DNA from: a virus | Taxonomy: Duplodnaviria; Caudoviricetes | Length of the DNA: 64,000 nt | Reading direction: 5' to 3' (one strand) | IMG/VR virus record: IMGVR_UViG_3300029305_003110 | Span: 64,001 to 128,000 of that record | Shown here: positions 59,133 to 64,000 of the stretch, piece after piece | Layout of the letters: the number at the start of each line of letters is the position of its first letter | How positions within the stretch are numbered: position 1 is the stretch's first letter | The notes under the pieces: generated by a model | Databases searched by the model: none | Told to the model about the DNA's origin: nothing | The model's input: only the letters and a program-made list of their open reading frames with translations | Position numbers and translations under genes: made by a program

Positions 59133-59537
59133 CTATCTATTTTTTATAATATATTTTATTTTTTTAATGGCATCATGTAATGAATTAAATAAAAACAATT
59201 CATCATCATTTTTACGTAAATTCGTATCCTTTGAACGTTCATAAAATGGTTTTATTGCAGAGACCCATCGTATTGGACGAAGAGTATGATAGACTACATT
59301 ATGTAGATATATTTCTATCATCATCGACCTGTCACTTCTATTCCAATTGTCAAGGTTGTATATTTCTGCAAATTGTTTAATTCTTTCGATTAGATGTACC
59401 CTATCAGCGTGTCCTTTTACCATATATGTATTAGTTACTCTTATATTTGGGTTCTTATCCATAGTATAATCTTCAATTCTAACTTTAATTCTATAAAGTA
59501 TATACTTATGGTTATGTGGTTGCATACTATATTTCAT
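59133..59537 (-). CDS. Hypothetical protein
   Basis: 134-aa ORF with RBS, late-type promoter at 59577 and a terminator at about 59104-59140. Confidence 0.55.
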   Translation of the reverse strand: MKYSMQPHNHKYILYRIKVRIEDYTMDKNPNIRVTNTYMVKGHADRVHLIERIKQFAEIYNLDNWNRSDRSMMIEIYLHNVVYHTLRPIRWVSAIKPFYERSKDTNLRKNDDELFLFNSLHDAIKKIKYIIKNR

Positions 59538-59655
59538 TGTATTTTACCACCTACCTTTCTTCCAATATAGGAGATTTACTTTATTGTTTTAATTATATGG
59601 TATATAAAAAATAATAAGTGATATACATTAAATTTATTTATATATCACTTATTAT

Positions 59656-60153
59656 TTAATCTGTTTTATTTATATTATATTTGAATGATTTTTCTAATTG
59701 TAATAGATTATTTCTTATAGATGGCATATTATAATATGCCCGTATAATAGATTCTGTATCGATAAAGTATTCTAAATCTTCTTTTTTATTTTTCTTTAAT
59801 ATAGAAATGGTTTTACTTATAGATTTAATTTCTGATTGTGTTAAATTATAATCAGATTTGATATATTTTAAATATTCTATAGTATCAAATAATTTATTTT
59901 TATTATAATTTATAATAGATTCTATACTATCTTTATCTTTAGGTCTGATAATAAAATTATCAAATTCTTCTAAGTAGTAATCGTCTAACATAATTAGATA
60001 ATTATTTATTTTTGTTTTATCGGTTAATTTAGTTATTGTATAAATATCTCTATTATAATTATTTTGTAAATAGAATGCTATTATATGATATTTAAATTCT
60101 GATATAGCTACAATTTTATTATTTATTTTATTTAATATAATATATAGTTTCAT
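59656..60153 (-). CDS. Hypothetical protein (family with 51914 and 52386)
   Basis: AAGGAGG RBS; LYII.NK...IVAISE.K....F N-terminus. Confidence 0.6.
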   Translation of the reverse strand: MKLYIILNKINNKIVAISEFKYHIIAFYLQNNYNRDIYTITKLTDKTKINNYLIMLDDYYLEEFDNFIIRPKDKDSIESIINYNKNKLFDTIEYLKYIKSDYNLTQSEIKSISKTISILKKNKKEDLEYFIDTESIIRAYYNMPSIRNNLLQLEKSFKYNINKTD

Positions 60154-60333
60154 TATAATTCCTCCTTAAAATTATATAAATAGCAAATAAAAATTAAAAA
60201 TAGAAGAAAAAATAATATCGTTTGATACTGTTTTCTTCTATTTTTTATCTTCTTTTTTTATTCTCTTATTATTTCTTTTTCTTTTTCTATTCTTTTCTAT
60301 ATACTTATATTTCTATTTATACTATTCTGAGCT

Positions 60334-60362
60334 CCCCGCACTCCCGGTACCCACTTACACCC
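60334..60362 (-). other. Canonical G-quadruplex motif overlapping a hairpin
   Basis: Minus strand GGG-tgtaagt-GGG-tacc-GGG-agtgc-GGGG. The first G run is in the stem cccaaactattt/aaatagtttggg. Confidence 0.55.
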
Positions 60363-60506
60363 AAACTATTTTTTCAAATAGTTTGGGTTATTTAGTCATA
60401 TTCTTGTACTCAAGAAAAAATAAATTTTTAAAAATAGTATATAAATAGATATAGTTTTATTATTATGTTATTGTTAATTAAAAATTATTTTTAATTATGT
60501 ATTACT

Positions 60507-60788
60507 TTAAATAAGTTTTTTATTTTTAAGAAATGCTATCCTTCTATCTATAGCACGTATACTTCTACCAATTTCATTACTTATAGTTGTTATATCACAA
60601 TTTTCATTATATAAATTTATTAATCTTTGTTCATCCTCTTCTGTCCACGGTACTGGTTTTTTACTTCTATTTTTTATTATATTTTCATAATGATCAATAA
60701 TTGTAGTATATGCTTCTATTCCTTCTTTTGGTATTTTATTTGATATGCACAATTTTGTCATTATCTTTTTTGCTTCAAGAAAATTCAT
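60507..60788 (-). CDS. Myb/HTH-like DNA-binding protein
   Basis: WTEEDEQRLINLY...TISNEIGRSIRAIDRRI. Confidence 0.7.
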   Translation of the reverse strand: MNFLEAKKIMTKLCISNKIPKEGIEAYTTIIDHYENIIKNRSKKPVPWTEEDEQRLINLYNENCDITTISNEIGRSIRAIDRRIAFLKNKKLI

Positions 60789-60894
60789 ATTAATTCCCCC
60801 TTGAATTTGCTCGTATATGTATATTATATATATTTTACAAAACTGTTAATATAGTTTTTAAAATAAATTTGTAATAAAAATAGAACAAAGTTTT

Positions 60895-61128
60895 AATGAC
60901 GTTAAAGACATATAAATTATATATGTTGACGACGTCAGGAGGTTAATGGTGACATCTGCAGAGACAGTGCCCATTAATATCAAAACTGATTTACTTATCC
61001 AAGTTTTTAGAAACCAGCTTTGTGGTTATTCTATTAATGAGGAACATACAAAATTAGAGAATACACTCGTATGAGTATTTATATATGGAATCCAATATAG
61101 TATGTGACTATATTGGATTCTTTTTTTT
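60895..61128 (+). ncRNA. Candidate structured RNA (contains a 42-codon ORF 60946..61074)
   Basis: AACA-N6-TA at 60884-60895, stacked hairpins, and terminator gaatccaatatagt/actatattggattc plus T tract. Confidence 0.4.
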
Positions 61129-61197
61129 AAACGAATTTGTGCTTTTTTAACATAGGAAACAATAAGTTAAATATATAAAATGAAGGAGGATGTATAT

Positions 61198-64000
61198 ATG
61201 GTTTATTTACAAAATATTCCTCATCAAAAAGTTTATCGGCAACGTGTATACTTGCCAAAAGATGAAAAAGCTGCAACTATGTATAATATTATATTTAGTA
61301 ATAATAAAGATATTAGTGCAACTTTAAATTTAATGAAACACCCATTATTATTATCAAATCACAAATATCTTAATTATTACATAGAACCTATGTATTATAC
61401 TAAAATTGGTGCAAAATCTGTACGTCTAAATTATAGACAGGATAGAAAAAATGTTTATGATAAAATAGATTCGTCTATAAAAATGATTAATACGCCAACA
61501 ACGTTTGATTTATTAAAAAATCGTAATGTGTATTACGATTTATTTATGAATAATTCTATATTTTTTAAGAATATTAAAGCTACTTCAATTCAGAAAAAAG
61601 TTGAGATATATGTACAATATTTAAAAAATTTAATAGTTGATAAAAAGTTCGATAGCTATAAAACTAAAATTATAGCAATGGACGTAGATTCTTGGATGTC
61701 TAATTCAGATATTATAAATAATCCTATTATGTTATTATTTATAGCTTATAGAAAATATTTTGACATATTTAAATCTATAGGCAATATCGATATTGTATTT
61801 TACACGGATTCATTAATTTTAAGAGTTAATCCATCTCAATGTAGCGAAAAGACATTTCCTATATTTAAACGTGAATTAAATAAATTAATAAAAACTGTAA
61901 ACATTGAAGATGATGATATCGTCGATAAAGAAATAGAACGTCAAGAAGTTAAGGATGACATTAAAGACATTGTAAAAGATGACGTGTTTCATTTTGTTGG
62001 TGATACTGACAACGATGATGTAGATGAAACTATTATCGATGATACCGTTGATGAAATTGTAGATGATGCTGAAGATAAAGAATTAACTAAAAAGGAAATA
62101 GAAAAGCGATTAGAAGATAAATTATCTAATGATACGGAAATTTTAAAAACTATGCATGAAATACGAAAAGAAAAAGTTATCGGAAAATCGGCAGCATCAA
62201 TAAAGCGTGATGAAGAATTAAGAGAAAAACAAAAGAAGTTAAAACTCGATAATATTAAAATTGAGGATTACAAAGACTTCTATGATAGAAATGTTGAAAT
62301 TCCAGAAATAGATATTTCCGATAAGATAACTACTACTAATGAAAATGTAAAAAAGATTAAATTTACCAATTTTGAAAAGACTTACAATGATACATTAATG
62401 AAAAAAGATTTTGTAAATATTATAACCAATCTTAATACTAAAAGTGTTCCAGTTTATATTAAAGATATAAAAGTAGAAGACACTTCTGACGAGCTTAATT
62501 ATAAAGAAACTTATACAGTAAGTCTTGAAGATACAAATAGAGTTAGACATACCATTAAGGTTGATATGCCGAAATTTATTGAAGATAAATTTTTATATCT
62601 CGGTGGTAATAAAAAAATTATTGTTAAGCAATTACTTATGAAGCCTATTGTTAAAATAGACCCAGATAGAGTAAGATTAACAACAAATTATAATAATATT
62701 ATGGTAAGTAGATATGGGAATAAAGTATCTGCTAAGAATGAAAAACTTAAAAAAGTTTTATCTAATACAATTCCTGGAGTTAAAGTTGAACATGGCGATT
62801 CAACTATGGTTAATGTAAAATACAAATCTATATTAGAATATGATGACATAGCTAAAACTATATTAAAAATAAAGACCAATAATTATGAATTGTTATTTAA
62901 TCAGGATGAGGTTCATGATAGATTGGGTAATTTAAAATTAACTTCAGATGATTTTTGTGTTGGATTTTATTCTGACGGGAAACCTATATTGATGAGTTAT
63001 AAAACTGAAAAAATCGGTGATATTGATTTATGTGATTTTATAGTTTCTAACAGTAATGATAAATTAAAAGAAATTTATGAAAATACTAAATCAACAGGAA
63101 CTAGATTTATGTATTCTAGAGCAAAAATAATGCATAAACATGTACCATTAATATTACTTCTTGGGTATTGTGAAGGTATTTCGACTGTATTAAAGAAAGC
63201 GGAAATAGAGCATTATTTTACAGACAAACGACCATCGTTAACAGACCAACAAGGATATATACAATTCGAAGATGGATACTTAATATATGATAAATATCCA
63301 TTTGAAAATTCATTATTATTAAATGCATTACAAGGAATTCCAACAAAATCATTCACATACGATTCATTTGATGATAAAGAAGTTTATATTGAATTATTTG
63401 AAATTCTTTATAATGCAAGAAATCTCGCAAATGCATTTGATTCATTTTATGAATTTATGATTGACCCAATTACAAAAGAAGTGTTAAATGATTCAGATTA
63501 TCCAACAGATTTTGTGTCATTATTATTATTTGCCAATTCGTTATTAGTTGATAATTCATACGTGCTGGAAAATGATATGTCGTTATATCGTGTACGTTCA
63601 AATGAAATAGTAAATGCTATATTACACAAACATATTGCAGATGCATATGCCAAATATAGAGTTACAGCTAATAATAGAAATCCTGTTAAAATATCAATAC
63701 CTAGAGATGCGGTAATTAAAGAAATATTAACATCAAATATTGTAGAAGAATTTTCAACACTAAATCCGATATATGAAACAGAAAAACTTAGAGCAATTAC
63801 GCCTAAAGGTCCAAGCGGATTGAATACTGAAGGCGCATATGACCAAGCAAAGCGTTCATATGATAAATCTATGGTAGGACTAATGGGCATTTCAACATCA
63901 CCAGATGCTAATGTTGGTATAGTACGTCAGTTGACAATGGAACCAAATATAGTTGGACCTAGAGGATATATAAACGTTTCTGATAATCTTAATGATATCA
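61198..64000 (+). CDS. rpoB: RNA polymerase beta subunit N-terminal part (probably virion RNAP), runs off window; not in ORF track
   Basis: AGGAGG RBS, ATG at 61198. Contains VDMPKF....FLYLGGNKK and ends ITPKGPSGLN..KRSYDKSMVGLMGISTSPDANVGIVRQL (beta fork-loop region). Late-type promoter at 61158. Confidence 0.88.
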   Translation, partial: MVYLQNIPHQKVYRQRVYLPKDEKAATMYNIIFSNNKDISATLNLMKHPLLLSNHKYLNYYIEPMYYTKIGAKSVRLNYRQDRKNVYDKIDSSIKMINTPTTFDLLKNRNVYYDLFMNNSIFFKNIKATSIQKKVEIYVQYLKNLIVDKKFDSYKTKIIAMDVDSWMSNSDIINNPIMLLFIAYRKYFDIFKSIGNIDIVFYTDSLILRVNPSQCSEKTFPIFKRELNKLIKTVNIEDDDIVDKEIERQEVKDDIKDIVKDDVFHFVGDTDNDDVDETIIDDTVDEIVDDAEDKELTKKEIEKRLEDKLSNDTEILKTMHEIRKEKVIGKSAASIKRDEELREKQKKLKLDNIKIEDYKDFYDRNVEIPEIDISDKITTTNENVKKIKFTNFEKTYNDTLMKKDFVNIITNLNTKSVPVYIKDIKVEDTSDELNYKETYTVSLEDTNRVRHTIKVDMPKFIEDKFLYLGGNKKIIVKQLLMKPIVKIDPDRVRLTTNYNNIMVSRYGNKVSAKNEKLKKVLSNTIPGVKVEHGDSTMVNVKYKSILEYDDIAKTILKIKTNNYELLFNQDEVHDRLGNLKLTSDDFCVGFYSDGKPILMSYKTEKIGDIDLCDFIVSNSNDKLKEIYENTKSTGTRFMYSRAKIMHKHVPLILLLGYCEGISTVLKKAEIEHYFTDKRPSLTDQQGYIQFEDGYLIYDKYPFENSLLLNALQGIPTKSFTYDSFDDKEVYIELFEILYNARNLANAFDSFYEFMIDPITKEVLNDSDYPTDFVSLLLFANSLLVDNSYVLENDMSLYRVRSNEIVNAILHKHIADAYAKYRVTANNRNPVKISIPRDAVIKEILTSNIVEEFSTLNPIYETEKLRAITPKGPSGLNTEGAYDQAKRSYDKSMVGLMGISTSPDANVGIVRQLTMEPNIVGPRGYINVSDNLNDI

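Noticed and set aside
898-63890. Opposite-strand or nested ORFs in the track (e.g. 5462-5869, 7513-8085, 31976-32353, 48037-48420, 53905-54330, 62688-62879, 63498-63890)
   Set aside because: They are shadows of longer, better-supported genes and have no recognisable motifs.
1-64000. Stop-codon recoding
   Set aside because: Long intact ORFs and high coding density under the standard code, and no suppressor tRNA.

Overview
AT-rich segment of a jumbo bacteriophage of the phiKZ/AR9(PBS1)-like type that encodes its own split multisubunit RNA polymerases. The host is probably a Firmicute (SLH-domain amidase, strong AGGAGG RBSs). Left to right: a DnaB-like helicase split by a group I intron carrying an HNH endonuclease, SbcD and PD-(D/E)XK nucleases, two tRNAs, a ~22 kb virion/tail-fibre block, polyphosphate kinase, endolysin, dTMP kinase, small accessory genes (one resembles the ribosomal protein S3 KH domain), two beta' fragments, structural genes, a palm-only PolB-like protein, a kinase with an acidic tail, RNase H, holin, ThyX, a nuclease-less IS110/Nop-domain (TasA-like) protein, a non-coding divergence zone with a G-quadruplex motif, and an RNAP beta gene running off the right end. 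Two promoter classes can be read from the DNA: AACA-N6-TA (matches the AR9 late consensus) and TATATATTAT (probably early). The best leads are the orphan Tas-like protein, two structured RNAs bounded by a promoter and a terminator, the G4/hairpin element, and the AR9-type late promoter in a phage that encodes thymidylate synthesis. All product calls come from manual motif reading; no database search was run.
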